Below, one piece after another: positions 24,035-35,900 of a stretch of DNA of 64,000 bases (position 1 is the stretch's first letter; each line of letters starts with the position of its first letter). Under the pieces are notes generated by a model. The model had not been told where the DNA came from, did not search any database, and worked only from the letters and a program-made list of their open reading frames with translations. The translations under genes and the position numbers were made by a program. Location: positions 1-64,000 of the IMG/VR virus record IMGVR_UViG_3300038312_000168; one strand, 5' to 3'. The DNA is from a virus.

Positions 24035-24342
24035 GACAACTTTCTTTTTCAAGTAATAAAGTAGCAGAAGTGCGTAATAAACTTAAGGGGCGTAAACAGT
24101 TACGCAATCTCCTCGAAGATGATACTTACTACAAGAAAATAGCGCGTTGGAAACATGCATTGCGTAATGGGTCTGACGATGAAGATTTTGCAGACTTTGT
24201 TTTAATTGATGCTTTTGGATGGTCTTGGGAACATTTGAACCAATTACCTGAACAAAAGTATCTTGCTATTTCTAAAATACTCTCTTTAAAGAACGCTGAA
24301 GAAGCAAAACAGGCTAAACGACAGAAGCAAAAGAAAAGGTGA
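23612..24342 (+). CDS. tail assembly chaperone frameshift fusion (gpGT-like; -1 shift at 23968-23974)
   Basis: The -1 frame continues ...FFQRLRDEYTGSAEGTQVEEE... into ORF 24070..24342 of the track (whose listed start is only a GTG); ends 7 nt before the tape-measure ATG. Confidence 0.6.
23968..23974 (+). promoter_or_regulatory. -1 programmed ribosomal frameshift slippery site T_TTT_TTC
   Basis: Zero-frame codons CGT TTT TTC (23966-23974); the -1 frame is open from 23893 to the TGA at 24340-24342. Confidence 0.7.
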
Positions 24343-24348
24343 TGATTG

Positions 24349-27300
24349 ATGCAACTTGGAGATAATGACATTGTAATTTATGTTGGCGGTAATATTACTG
24401 ACTTACAAAATAAGATGAGACAGGCACAAGGTGTTACCGCCGCTACCAGTGCATCAATAGCAGGAACAGTAGGACGTATGGGCGGTTCTATTGAAAGGAC
24501 ATTAAAAACCACAGGTAATACCATTGTTGGTGCTACTGGTGCTGCTTCTGTCGCAATGGTTTATCCTCTTACTCGTATTGCAGGTTCCATTTTTGAAATC
24601 GGTAGTGAACTTGACTCCATGTCACAGAAAACTGTATCAGTCTTTGACTTAATGGGTAGAAGTGTAAACGATGTTAAGAAAGATTTAGAAGATTTTGCTT
24701 TTTCACTTGCCGGTAATGCAATGTTCTCCGCTAATGAAATCATGGAGAGCATGTATGGCATGGCTCAGGCAGGTATGCAGGTTGAAGATATTTACACTTT
24801 AATGCCTGAAGTTATCAACCTTGCAACTGCGCAAAACATGGATCTTGATACCACTTTTAGAATGTTATACGGAACATTGCAGGCATATAAATTAAATGCT
24901 TCTGATGCTACAAAAGTAACTCATGCTATGGCAGCATCAATGAGTGCTTCAGTGCTTGATGCTGAAGATTTAGTTTACGCATTGAAATATATTAATCCTA
25001 CATTTGCTGCACTTGGTTACAGTTATAATGAAGGATTAACAATGATTGCAATGTTACGTGATTTAACTTTCACTGGTCAAAATGGTGGAAGAATTTTACG
25101 TGACGCTTTTACTGATTTAATCGCTCCTACTTCTGAAGCAATAAATATTATGCGTAAGTGGGGCATTTCAGTTTATACAAATAGCGATGAAATAAATGGT
25201 TTAGTTGCTGAGTATTATAGTGCATCTGAAGCACTTGATCAGATGAAGAGTGATACATCTGCATCTAACGAAGAAATACAAAAACATAAAGATTTTATTA
25301 TTCAGTTACAAGGGCAGATGGTAGGTTTAGATAAATCATCTGAGCAATATAAGAGTTTAAAGAAGGCGCTTGATGAAGCACTTTACGCAGAACGTGTAAT
25401 GAAGAATGAAGTCAAGAAATCAAGCACCGAAATTGATAATCAAACTGCAAAAGTAAAAGCCCTTGAAAAACAAGTTAATGATTTTTCTGCTACCGGAATG
25501 AAAGCGCCTGCTGAAATTCTTAATGAGTTGTGGAAGGCGCGTGAAGCGGGTATGACTGAAGGGGAGTTTTCTACCGTTTTCGGTAAACAGTCATATGCCG
25601 CAATGATGCAACTCACCAGAGATAAGGAAAAATACGCTGAAGTTTTAGAGTATGTTACATACACTGAAGGTGAAGTGAATGAAGCGCAAAGACAATCTGA
25701 TATTGTTACCGCTTCTACTGCTGCAAGTTGGACTATTTTAACCAATCATATTTCATCAGCGGCAGGTGAAATTTATAGATCAGTAGCACCTGCATTAAAG
25801 GTTTTATTTGATTCGTTAAATGAAAACTTCGATGGTATCAAAGAGTTTTGTATTCTTGTAGCACAGAACTTTGTTCCTATCTTACAGGATATTGCAAATC
25901 GTGTAATTGGTGTAGTTACATGGTTTAATGGATTAGATGAAGGAACAAAGAATCTTATTGCAAAAATAACAGCAATGGGTGTTGCATTTACACTTATTGC
26001 TGTTCCTCTAATGTTGTTTACTGGTATCATTCTATGGACACTTTCACCTATTGTGGGATTCATCGGTAAGATTGGACTTGCAGTTGAGCGCATTGGTATC
26101 TTACGTGCTGGAATGATTGCATTTAACAAAGATGCAACAATCTTTGGCATGAATATAATGAATATTAAGGGCTCATTAAGTTCTTTTTTAACCACATTAA
26201 CAAAAGGAACTAGCGCGAAAGGTATAACCGCTGTTACTGGTGAAATATTTTCATCAACGAAAGCATTAGAAGCATTAGGTAGTGCAGGAATGATGATCAA
26301 TCCTACACTTGTAACAACTGCCGCAACAACAGCAGGTGTAGGGACTGCTACTGCCGGTTTGGGTGCTACAATAATTTCAACGCTTGGTGCTATTTTACCA
26401 CCAATACTTATAGCAGTTGCAGCAATAACCGCACTCTGGTTTGCCTGGAAGAATAACTGGTTTGGAATCAGAGATATTACTGCAAGTGTTATTGAGTTTA
26501 TTACAGAACATTTCAAGGTTTTCTTTGAATTTATTGATTCTACATTTGGTGTAATCTTTAATAGTATTTCAAATCTTATTGATGCCTTTATTAACGGTGA
26601 TGTTAATGGTCTATTCAGTGCTTTAGGTAGTCTTATTGGTGGAATTGTAAGACTAACACTTGGTTTACCTGAAACGTTTTTAAAAATCGGTAGACAAATG
26701 ATCATTGATCTGATCAGAGGTGTAATTGCTGAAGCACCAAACACTGGACCTGCGTTAATTAGATGGATTGTTGACGGTGGTATTCAAGAGTTTTGTTTAG
26801 CGGCGATTCGTGCTGCCGTTGATGCTGGAATTGCATTTGTCAAAGGTTTTATTGATGGAATAATGGGTAAAGCACCCGAAGTTAAAGATAAATCTAAACC
26901 TACCGGTAAAGCGGTAACTGATGGTATTAAAGAAGGTGCTGAATCTGGATTATCAGACGTTTATAAGACAATGGAAGATGGTGCTGTAAAGAGTGCCAAT
27001 ATTTTTGAGCAGAAATTCAATGATACGTTTAGTAAATTGGATACCAAGAATCTTACTGAAGATGAATTAAATAATTTTAAGGCACTTGAACTTTCAAGAA
27101 AAGTTGTTGATTTAACAGAATTAACAGACGATGATAAACAGTTCATTGGTGAATTACAAACTTTAATTGAAGAAAATGGTGGTGAGATTCCAGAGAAGTT
27201 AAAGAAGAAGATTGATGAACAAGTTAAAGAACAGAAACCGTGGTCTGCGTTCCATGAAGATTTTAGAAAAGAATTTGACTTAATTCTTCATGAATGGAAT

Positions 27301-28434
27301 GCCATGAGTCCTCAAATGGCACAAGAAATGAAAAAAGGATTTAAGGCAGCAGAACCATTTGTTAACCTTTCTGATGGACTTCAGGATGAAGAGAAACAGA
27401 TAATTGGATTCCTTGAATCTATCGCTTCTGAATCTGGTAAACTGCCTGATGATTTACAGAATGCTTTAAACACTAAAATAAAGACAAAACAACCACTTGA
27501 TGAATGGTGGGGTGACTACTATCAAAAGTGGAAGGATACTGATAAATTAGTTGATGAGAAAATAAGTGAAGATTTGATTACTAAAACAGTTACATTGCAG
27601 GTTGAAGTTGCAATGGATGATAATATAGATGTAGAAGATAGTGCAAAAGAAACATCAGAATCTTACGTAGATAATTTTATTAAAACAAATAATGGTGTTT
27701 TAGGCCCATTTGGATTATCAGCAATTATATTTTCTGAAATTGCAAAATCAGTAGAAAAATCAGGAAATGTTGGTAAAGATGCTGCAAATGCATTTGCAAA
27801 TAATTACAATAAAACACTCGAAGAAAAAGAAATTACTTTAACAATTTATCCTACAAGCACCTTTGATAATCTTGATTACTCTGATTTCAATCCTGAAGAT
27901 TATGACACAAGTGTAACACATACTATCGATACTACCATTGAACCTACAACCGATGAAGAGAAGAAAGAACAGGCAAATACTACATCTAAGGAAGAGGGTA
28001 AGGAATTAGTAAATTCTTACAAAGAGGGTGTAGAAGAGAAGAAACCAGAACTTGACGCTACTGTTGAAACAGTGAAAACAACAATCCTCGACAAACTAAA
28101 TCTTGCAGAGAAAGCGTATGATCTTGGTTACACATTTGTTAATTCCTACACAAATGGAATATTAGCAGCAATTCCCGCTTTACAATCTGCAATTAATCAG
28201 ATGAATGGTATTCTCAATAGTGTAGAAGCACCGCCGGTTAGTGTTACGTATAATGTGTCTGCTGCAATGGTTAACTTCGAAGGTTTACCACAACTTCAGG
28301 GTGGTGGAACTACAAACAATTATGACATTGACGTAAATCTGAATAATGCTACAATTCGTAGTGAGCAGGATATAGACAAACTTGCAGATGCCGTGTATGA
28401 ACGTATCAGTAGGAATGCGGGGTTAACAGCATGA
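24349..28434 (+). CDS. tail tape measure protein (1361 aa)
   Basis: Longest ORF downstream of chaperones; helical, Ala/Gly-rich with a central block of TM-like segments; ATG 24349 with AGGTGA 6 nt upstream (track start 24346 is TTG). Confidence 0.85.
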   Translation: MQLGDNDIVIYVGGNITDLQNKMRQAQGVTAATSASIAGTVGRMGGSIERTLKTTGNTIVGATGAASVAMVYPLTRIAGSIFEIGSELDSMSQKTVSVFDLMGRSVNDVKKDLEDFAFSLAGNAMFSANEIMESMYGMAQAGMQVEDIYTLMPEVINLATAQNMDLDTTFRMLYGTLQAYKLNASDATKVTHAMAASMSASVLDAEDLVYALKYINPTFAALGYSYNEGLTMIAMLRDLTFTGQNGGRILRDAFTDLIAPTSEAINIMRKWGISVYTNSDEINGLVAEYYSASEALDQMKSDTSASNEEIQKHKDFIIQLQGQMVGLDKSSEQYKSLKKALDEALYAERVMKNEVKKSSTEIDNQTAKVKALEKQVNDFSATGMKAPAEILNELWKAREAGMTEGEFSTVFGKQSYAAMMQLTRDKEKYAEVLEYVTYTEGEVNEAQRQSDIVTASTAASWTILTNHISSAAGEIYRSVAPALKVLFDSLNENFDGIKEFCILVAQNFVPILQDIANRVIGVVTWFNGLDEGTKNLIAKITAMGVAFTLIAVPLMLFTGIILWTLSPIVGFIGKIGLAVERIGILRAGMIAFNKDATIFGMNIMNIKGSLSSFLTTLTKGTSAKGITAVTGEIFSSTKALEALGSAGMMINPTLVTTAATTAGVGTATAGLGATIISTLGAILPPILIAVAAITALWFAWKNNWFGIRDITASVIEFITEHFKVFFEFIDSTFGVIFNSISNLIDAFINGDVNGLFSALGSLIGGIVRLTLGLPETFLKIGRQMIIDLIRGVIAEAPNTGPALIRWIVDGGIQEFCLAAIRAAVDAGIAFVKGFIDGIMGKAPEVKDKSKPTGKAVTDGIKEGAESGLSDVYKTMEDGAVKSANIFEQKFNDTFSKLDTKNLTEDELNNFKALELSRKVVDLTELTDDDKQFIGELQTLIEENGGEIPEKLKKKIDEQVKEQKPWSAFHEDFRKEFDLILHEWNAMSPQMAQEMKKGFKAAEPFVNLSDGLQDEEKQIIGFLESIASESGKLPDDLQNALNTKIKTKQPLDEWWGDYYQKWKDTDKLVDEKISEDLITKTVTLQVEVAMDDNIDVEDSAKETSESYVDNFIKTNNGVLGPFGLSAIIFSEIAKSVEKSGNVGKDAANAFANNYNKTLEEKEITLTIYPTSTFDNLDYSDFNPEDYDTSVTHTIDTTIEPTTDEEKKEQANTTSKEEGKELVNSYKEGVEEKKPELDATVETVKTTILDKLNLAEKAYDLGYTFVNSYTNGILAAIPALQSAINQMNGILNSVEAPPVSVTYNVSAAMVNFEGLPQLQGGGTTNNYDIDVNLNNATIRSEQDIDKLADAVYERISRNAGLTA

Positions 28435-29480
28435 AGGCAGTTCTCCGTGGATTACGTGATTATAATGTTAATTCATACACGGTTACACTGAAGAGTAATG
28501 AGAAGAAATATTGCGTTGTTACTATTTCTGCAAAGGACTATTACACGCTTCAGAGTGAATCAGAGTTGATGTTAATTGTTGATGGAATGGAAATATTCAC
28601 AGGTATAATCAACAAAATTAACTTTGATTACCTGAATAATAAATACATTATTACCCTAGATGAACTTGCCTACAAATTAGCAATAGACTATGATTTGTTG
28701 AGTAAAAGTGCAAGTTTTGACATCACTTACACTTCAATGACCTCTGATACCATTTTGTCAGAGATCCTCGCTGAAACAGCGTATACAGTGGGCTATGTGC
28801 CGTCACAGACTATTACAGAACTGAAGGGTGATAAACTTAATCGCTATGAATGGTTACGTTTGCTCGCTGATAATTGTGTTTGTGGTATAGATGCAAATGG
28901 TAAGTATACTACTGATTCTGCAAACATTGTCTCGGAACAGACTGCATGTGATGTGTGGACGGTAGGAAATGAGATTTATATTGGTGTAAATGGTTGCACT
29001 CGTAGTAATAAGTCAAGTCATGTTTGGAGTAAGAAAACATGCGATATAACCAATGCAATCATTGACATTCCTGAAATAGAGATTAATGTTCATCCTGTGC
29101 AGAAGGTTATTGTAATTGGTAAGAATAATGTTACTGGAGAGGCAAGTGTAGGCACAAATCCTACTATTGTTATTACAGATGATTCGTGTGTGGATGTAGC
29201 AGCGTGTGAGAAACGTGCAAAGGATGAATTGAGTAAACAGAATAAGTTTGCATCTCTTACCCTAAATGTCAATCCTGATTTGTTCTACTCGAAAGTTATT
29301 GAACTTGGTTGTCATGTTACCATAAGTGAACCTGCATTTGTAGCAGGGACGTATGAGATTATTGAGATGGAAATTTCTATTGATAAATGTAGCATCACAC
29401 TTGATAGACCAAAGAAACGATTAGAAACTATACTTGATGATTTAAAGCGTCGTATGAATTTAATTGAGAGGTGGAGATAA
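28431..29480 (+). CDS. distal-tail/baseplate protein (position-based, 349 aa)
   Basis: ATGA overlap with tape measure stop; the usual Dit position in siphoviruses. Confidence 0.45.
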   Translation: MKAVLRGLRDYNVNSYTVTLKSNEKKYCVVTISAKDYYTLQSESELMLIVDGMEIFTGIINKINFDYLNNKYIITLDELAYKLAIDYDLLSKSASFDITYTSMTSDTILSEILAETAYTVGYVPSQTITELKGDKLNRYEWLRLLADNCVCGIDANGKYTTDSANIVSEQTACDVWTVGNEIYIGVNGCTRSNKSSHVWSKKTCDITNAIIDIPEIEINVHPVQKVIVIGKNNVTGEASVGTNPTIVITDDSCVDVAACEKRAKDELSKQNKFASLTLNVNPDLFYSKVIELGCHVTISEPAFVAGTYEIIEMEISIDKCSITLDRPKKRLETILDDLKRRMNLIERWR

Positions 29481-32372
29481 ATGTATATTGGAGATATTTA
29501 TATTCCGTATGTATCGGAATTTTCAGCAAATAAAACCACCAAAGAGAGTAAAGAAACTAACTTTATCTCCGGCGATGCTGATCTTGATGAGACTGCACCT
29601 AAACTGAAAGAACTTACTATATCGGGTGTTGCAGCAGCGCATGGAAGTAAGACTTCTGATGATTACGCTAATGATCTTGAAGCAGCATTGATACGTAATT
29701 CTGCCTACAATATTGTTGAGTATAATAATAAGAAGGGTTACTTTGTCCTTAATGATGTTGATATTCCTGACACGGTAGAGAATCAGAATGCGCGTGAGTT
29801 TAGTGGAACAGGTAAGTTTCTTCCTTCTGCCCGCTATGAATGTGCTTACCGCGTAGAGACTGATTACATTGAGAGTGATCTTGCAATTCAGTTTCCTCCT
29901 ATCATCGCTCTTCCTACAGGTGCAACCAACGTCAGAATCAAATCACCCTGGGAAATAATGTTTATTGATGAATGGCATGGAACTGTAGGTAGTGATGGTA
30001 AATTATCCATCTTTAAACCGTTCCCTATCTTTGATTCTGATAACTATGTAACTGCAACATCCACGGGCGATAAGACTTTCATGGAGTCTGCTTATGGTTG
30101 TTACGTAACAGTCCTCAATGCACAAGATGAAATAACAAAATGGACTACAGTAGTAGGCACAGATTTACCAAAGGGACGTTATAAGGTTGTATTCCGTTTG
30201 CAGGATTTAAATGTAACAGATGATATTGGCGTAACTGTAACGGGTAGTATAAGTGGTGAATTGATTAATGAAACCTTTACAACGGGTGATACTTATTGGG
30301 TTACAATCGAAACATCAGAGTTTGAAGTTATTACACATGAAACATTAACCATTGACATAAAGAAACTGACTGCAACTGCAAATACTATTGAAGTGAATTA
30401 CGGGTTTGTTCTTCCTACCTATACTGCAAAGGTAGTGTTTGAGAATGATACTGAAGTAGATTGTGGTAATGTCAAGGTGTTTGATTCTAATGGTTCTACA
30501 ATTGAATCAAATTGGAAACAAGTGTTCAATTACAATCATGATTTCTCTACCGGAATAATTATTCAAAATTCATTCTTCCGTTGGCATGTGGATACAAATG
30601 AGATTTGGAACAATACAGGTGAATTAACTAATCTCATTAATGATCAGGTAGGAAGATTATATCCACGCGCATTTAAGAATAATGATGTCAGTTACATTGT
30701 AAAGGAGATTCGACCTGATTTAGTTGAAATAGAGTTTTCCTTGTTTGATGGTGAATCGGATGCAAATGCAACAGATTGTAGAGAGATAGTTCTTGCCCGT
30801 TTCACTCCTTTGTATGTTACCTTTGAATTAATCCGTAATGGAACATTCAAGTGGGATTGGCACGTTGATTTCAGCACTATGCCTTCATGGAAAGCGATTA
30901 GCGCACCATCTGATTTAATGGTAACATCTTCATTGTCTAATACTGAACATACAAGTGAAAATGGTATTTTTACTGTTATATTTGATGAGTGTATTGCGGG
31001 TATTTGTAAATCAAAGAATAGTAGTGCATTAGTGCTTGGTGAAGGTGGAATGTATGTAAACAATACTGCTGAATCAGGTAACTTCATGTTTACACTTTTC
31101 ATGATTTCTGGTTCTTTAGGTTCACAGTATATATTCCAAAATACTACCGATGTTAGTTTAACAAATGTGCAAAAAAATAGAATTTATGATAATTTTTCTA
31201 TTGATTCATCAAGTGAATATATAGTAGAAAATGGTAGTAATTTTACTGAAACATATTCTAATGGATTGTTTATAAGAAGTAACAGTGATACGTTAATTAC
31301 CAAGAAATTAAAGAATTTAAAATTAGGAACAGGTAAATATAAACTTTACTTTACTGTTTTCACACAAAAAACAATTACACGCGAAGTAGGTATTATTATT
31401 GCAGGTGATCCTACTTATGATAATACTTACTATGTGTGCTGTTTAGAACTCGATGCAACACAAGCAAATGGTGGTAATTTATCTAAGATTAAATTACTCA
31501 AATTCAAACAGAATCAAAATAGTCAGGGTTCTTATGGTGTAGATGGATATGGTGAATATGGATATGGTGCAGATGGTAGTGAAGTAGTTGCAGCGTCAAA
31601 AACAATAACTTGTCAGACATATACTTCACAATGGATTGAGTGTGAATATAATAATGAAAATAGAACTTTTGATATTTATTTCTATAATGCAAGTGATTCA
31701 AAACCCACAATACCCACATTGACGTATGTAGGTGATGAATCATTCGAGTATGGTAATATTGGTTTGTTTGCACGTTCTTCGGAAGCAGGAACAGATAATA
31801 TTTACGTGTTTTTTAAACAATTAGAAGTAACCGATTCAATGATATATGAAAAAGCGGGTTATCCATTTATAGCAATCACAGGAACATCACACGGAGGAGC
31901 GGCTGCATCACAGAAAATAACAATATTTGATGGTATTATTGGAGAAGATATAGATGTTGGACGTTATAATTTAATTGTGCAAACAATTTCTACAAGTGCA
32001 ACAAGTGAACTTACATTTTCATTTATAAATGATACAAAATCTACAACATTAGCTATTGATACAGTTGAATCAAGTGAAATTATTGGTGGTGATGCAGTAT
32101 TAACAACATATAATCATGTAATTGAATTTAAAGAATCGGAAATTGGTGATAATGCTATTATTACCATTGATAAAACAATCAGTGGTTATTATCCATTAAA
32201 TTTGATTACATATGCAGCACTTATTCCAATTTCAAATACAGAAAACAGTGAGATTATTACACCAACAAATCTCTCGTTTGCATCGTTAAATGAACAAAAT
32301 TATTACAGAAATCTTGAACCTAAAGAATTTGGTTCAAATCTGTTAAATAGAAAGTATAAATCATATAGGTGA
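29481..32372 (+). CDS. tail-tip/host-recognition protein, paralog 1 (963 aa)
   Basis: N-terminal ~450 aa colinear with 32935..36384 (MYIGDIY.P..S, FPP..ALP.GATNVR.K, VNYGF.LP, QNS.FRW); divergent C-terminal beta-rich part. Confidence 0.6.
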   Translation: MYIGDIYIPYVSEFSANKTTKESKETNFISGDADLDETAPKLKELTISGVAAAHGSKTSDDYANDLEAALIRNSAYNIVEYNNKKGYFVLNDVDIPDTVENQNAREFSGTGKFLPSARYECAYRVETDYIESDLAIQFPPIIALPTGATNVRIKSPWEIMFIDEWHGTVGSDGKLSIFKPFPIFDSDNYVTATSTGDKTFMESAYGCYVTVLNAQDEITKWTTVVGTDLPKGRYKVVFRLQDLNVTDDIGVTVTGSISGELINETFTTGDTYWVTIETSEFEVITHETLTIDIKKLTATANTIEVNYGFVLPTYTAKVVFENDTEVDCGNVKVFDSNGSTIESNWKQVFNYNHDFSTGIIIQNSFFRWHVDTNEIWNNTGELTNLINDQVGRLYPRAFKNNDVSYIVKEIRPDLVEIEFSLFDGESDANATDCREIVLARFTPLYVTFELIRNGTFKWDWHVDFSTMPSWKAISAPSDLMVTSSLSNTEHTSENGIFTVIFDECIAGICKSKNSSALVLGEGGMYVNNTAESGNFMFTLFMISGSLGSQYIFQNTTDVSLTNVQKNRIYDNFSIDSSSEYIVENGSNFTETYSNGLFIRSNSDTLITKKLKNLKLGTGKYKLYFTVFTQKTITREVGIIIAGDPTYDNTYYVCCLELDATQANGGNLSKIKLLKFKQNQNSQGSYGVDGYGEYGYGADGSEVVAASKTITCQTYTSQWIECEYNNENRTFDIYFYNASDSKPTIPTLTYVGDESFEYGNIGLFARSSEAGTDNIYVFFKQLEVTDSMIYEKAGYPFIAITGTSHGGAAASQKITIFDGIIGEDIDVGRYNLIVQTISTSATSELTFSFINDTKSTTLAIDTVESSEIIGGDAVLTTYNHVIEFKESEIGDNAIITIDKTISGYYPLNLITYAALIPISNTENSEIITPTNLSFASLNEQNYYRNLEPKEFGSNLLNRKYKSYR

Positions 32373-32378
32373 TAAAAT

Positions 32379-32921
32379 ATGGCAAATACATATACTACTA
32401 ATTATAATTTAGCAAAACCTGCTAATGGTGATATAAATTGGCATACTCCTATCAATGGTAATTTTGATACCATTGATACTACGATGAAAACTATTTCTGA
32501 TAAAATACCATCAGGGGTTATTCAAATGTATGGTGCAGCAACGGCACCTACTGGTTGGTTGGAATGTGATGGTTCTGCCGTATCAAGAACCACATATAGT
32601 TCTTTATTTGCAATAATTGGAACAGCATTTGGTGTAGGAGATGAATCTACAACTTTTAATTTACCTGATTTACGTGGTGAATTTGTAAGAGGTTGGGATA
32701 ATGAACGTGGTGTAGATTCAGATCGTGTTTTGGGTTCATCACAAGAGGATGAATTAAAAAGACATACACATTTTGTAGGTTCTTATGGTTCTTATGGTTT
32801 ATTATATCCTTATGTTGATAGGTTTGCTAATACTTTATCGTCTGAAGTTACTGTTGGGGCCACTGGCGGCACAGAAACCCGTCCACGTAATATTGCATTG
32901 ATGTATATTATTAAAATTTAA
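32379..32921 (+). CDS. tail fibre protein with phage tail-collar domain (180 aa)
   Basis: PTGWLECDGSAVSRTTYSSLFAIIGTAFGVGDESTTFNLPDLRGEFVRG matches the tail-collar domain consensus (GW..CdG..l....y..Lf..iG..fG.gd..ttF.lPDLRG). Confidence 0.85.
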   Translation: MANTYTTNYNLAKPANGDINWHTPINGNFDTIDTTMKTISDKIPSGVIQMYGAATAPTGWLECDGSAVSRTTYSSLFAIIGTAFGVGDESTTFNLPDLRGEFVRGWDNERGVDSDRVLGSSQEDELKRHTHFVGSYGSYGLLYPYVDRFANTLSSEVTVGATGGTETRPRNIALMYIIKI

Positions 32922-32934
32922 GAGGTGATACAAA

Positions 32935-35900
32935 ATGTATATAGGTGACATTTATTTACCCATTCTTTCTTCCATTGATAAGAAATCTGTCTCGAAAATA
33001 ACAAAAGAGATTGCAGGTATTAACATATCCGACCCTAAGACTATTTCCATACGTCGCAATCTTCAACCTGTTACACTTGATGGTTATCTTTACAATGATG
33101 GAGAAAAGAATGATGCACAATACGCAGAAGATGTAGAGGCATTGCAGTATCGTTCCGCTGGATATTGTTATACAAAGTATGCAGACTTAGATGGTTTCAT
33201 TGAGATTGAAAGTGCTGATGCTCCACAGACTTCAGAAGAGTTAGGTGTAAGGAATTATTCAATCGAAGGCAAGTATCTACCTGCTACAAAATATGAGCGT
33301 GTAGTGGAAGTAGAAACTGAAATGCGTGAGAATGAATTTAACATTGAGTTTCCACCGCATGTTGCACTTCCCATTGGTGCTACCAATGTTAGAGTTAAGA
33401 CTTCGCAAGACAGTGTAAAGTTACCTACACCTGCATTTATGGCAGGAGACTTACCGATTTATAGACCATTTCCCGCATTCTATCCTGACAATGTGATACA
33501 TTCTACCTCTGACACTCCTAAGTATGATAAAACAGCGTATAAGATGTCCTACAATCTACTCGATGCAAAGGATGAATCTATCTCTTACACGATGGTTTCA
33601 GGTGTTGATATTCCGCTTGGTTCTTACCGTGTAGTCTTACGCATTAAAGCAGATTCTACGGTCAATGGTGACGTTAAAATCACTGTTTCTGACGGTACTA
33701 ATAATGTGGTTGATAGTTTACATACCCTGGTAGGAGATGGGGTCTGGAACATAGTGAAAACAGCATCTTTCAGCATACTTCAGAGGGGTTTGACATACAC
33801 TGTAACAGTATCAAAAGCAACTGATAGTGTATCCAATATTGCAGTCAACTATGGTTTCCTCCTACCTGAAAAGAGAGCGAGAGTTGCGTTTGATGTAGCA
33901 GTAGAATATGATGTTGGTGAGTGTAAGGTTTACGACACTGTAACAACCGATGCAGCAGAAGCAGATTGGATACAAGTCTACAATCCTGAACATGATTTTG
34001 CAGGTGACATTGTTGTTCAGAACTCTATGTTCCGGTGGGTAATCAAACAAACTGCCTGGAAGGATGCAACAAAGGTTTACAATGTTACTGGCACTTCTCC
34101 CGTTGAAATTGGTGAACTGTATAACAAGGCGTTTGGCGATGATTCGGTTGCAATCAAGTTTAAGGAGATTAAACCCAATTACCTGAAGTTTACTTTCGAG
34201 TTAGACACAGGTAATGCAACATCAGAGTCTACGAGTGCAAAAGAGATTGATACTGTTGAGATTACACCATTCAATGTTGTAATTGACAAGGATGTAATTG
34301 GAACTTACAAGGATCATTATACCTTCGAGTCTACCCCTGGTGCATTGGTAGAATATGAGAATGGTATCATTGCAGGTATTGATGCTAATAGTGTCTACGG
34401 TTTGATTAAGTCTGTTGATGTTACGAGTAGTATTGATGGAGATATTATTGAGACTACTGGTAGTGAATCGAGTGATTCTTACGTAGTGCCTTTTGTCATT
34501 CCGTGTGAGATTACATCTTACTTGTATAAACAGGCAACAGATTTAGTTATTAGTAAGGACAACAACGACATCGAGCGGAAGTTCTGGAAGGATGATTTCA
34601 GCGTTGATTCATTTCCCTTCTATGATAATGTGGTCGCAAACTCCAAGAATTACTTCACGGTATCCGGGGGAGAACTTGTATTCAATACGAACGGTGAATC
34701 AGTTCAACCAGAAATTGTATCACAATTTGCAGGGTGCAAGTATGGGGAATACGAACTCGTATTCAAAGTCAACGACCCTGAAATCGATACGAAGAAATTA
34801 ATCTCGATCCTTTTCGCTGTGAACGGGGTCAATTATTGGGGGGTTTTACTCACAAGAGAAATTGGAAATACTATTTCAAGATGTTACCTTCATAAGAATA
34901 ATGTGATCGTGTCCGGGAGCGGGAAAACGTATGATTCTATTAACTTTAATGATGGAAACTATCACACCCTAAAAGTGGTCTGGACTACTACCGGGATCAC
35001 GTTCTACCTTGACGGTTCTCTTGGGAATACGTATGCCCCAACATCCAATAATTACCCCAGTATCTCTGATGCTAAAATTGGAGTTGGTATCCCATATATC
35101 CAGTATTCTTGTAATGCGAATATTGCATCAATCACATACCGTCCATCCATCTCCTACACCGACGACTTCACCACCGACACCGTATCTGGTGCAAACGGGC
35201 GGTATCAGGCAGTCACCGGAACAGTTGCCTACGATGACGTAAACAAGCGGATGAATGTCACCACAGCGACAGGAGCGAATGGAAAAGCATCTGGTAGACT
35301 TAAATCCTACAAGTTCACAGAAGGTTCTCAAATCTACGATGTCACTCTACCTACGGGTGCTGATGGCGATTTCATTACTCTTGTAACCCATCCGGCTAAC
35401 GGACTGATGACTGATGGTATCGGTGTAGGATTACAGTCTGATGGAGCAGGGAATTGGAATCTTGCTACTCTCTCTGGAACAACCGTTACAGAAGGTGCAG
35501 ACAGTGGATTAGATGATGGTGATGTCGCAAGGATTGAGATTGAGAAGGATCTTTCAGGTGCGTATTGGTATTACATCTACAATGCTGCTGGAGCGAAACC
35601 TGCAACTCCAACGGGTAAACTGTTCACAACTCTGTCAGAGGGTTACACTGGTTGGTATGCTAACGGTGCAGGAGCAGAAACACAGACGTATGCGATTGAT
35701 AATATCTCCATCCGCGCTGAATCCATCGTTGGCAGAACCAATGTTGAGGTGGAAGAACCGTTCTGGTTCCGCGATGAGTTTAGCGAGAACTCGCTTGGGC
35801 GAGCCGTAACCGTAGTCGGAGGAAGTAGTATGGCGATTGCGGTTGCAGATGGTGCGTTACGATTCACCTCTTCGGGAGATTCGTACCAACACGGGCATAT

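Noticed and set aside
25773-26744. 323-aa antisense ORF inside the tape measure gene (plus 24561..24761, 25440..25745, 26961..27146)
   Set aside because: It mirrors the Ala/Gly/Ile-rich TM-like segment of the tape measure protein. It has no independent start context and the sense ORF is continuous for 4 kb.
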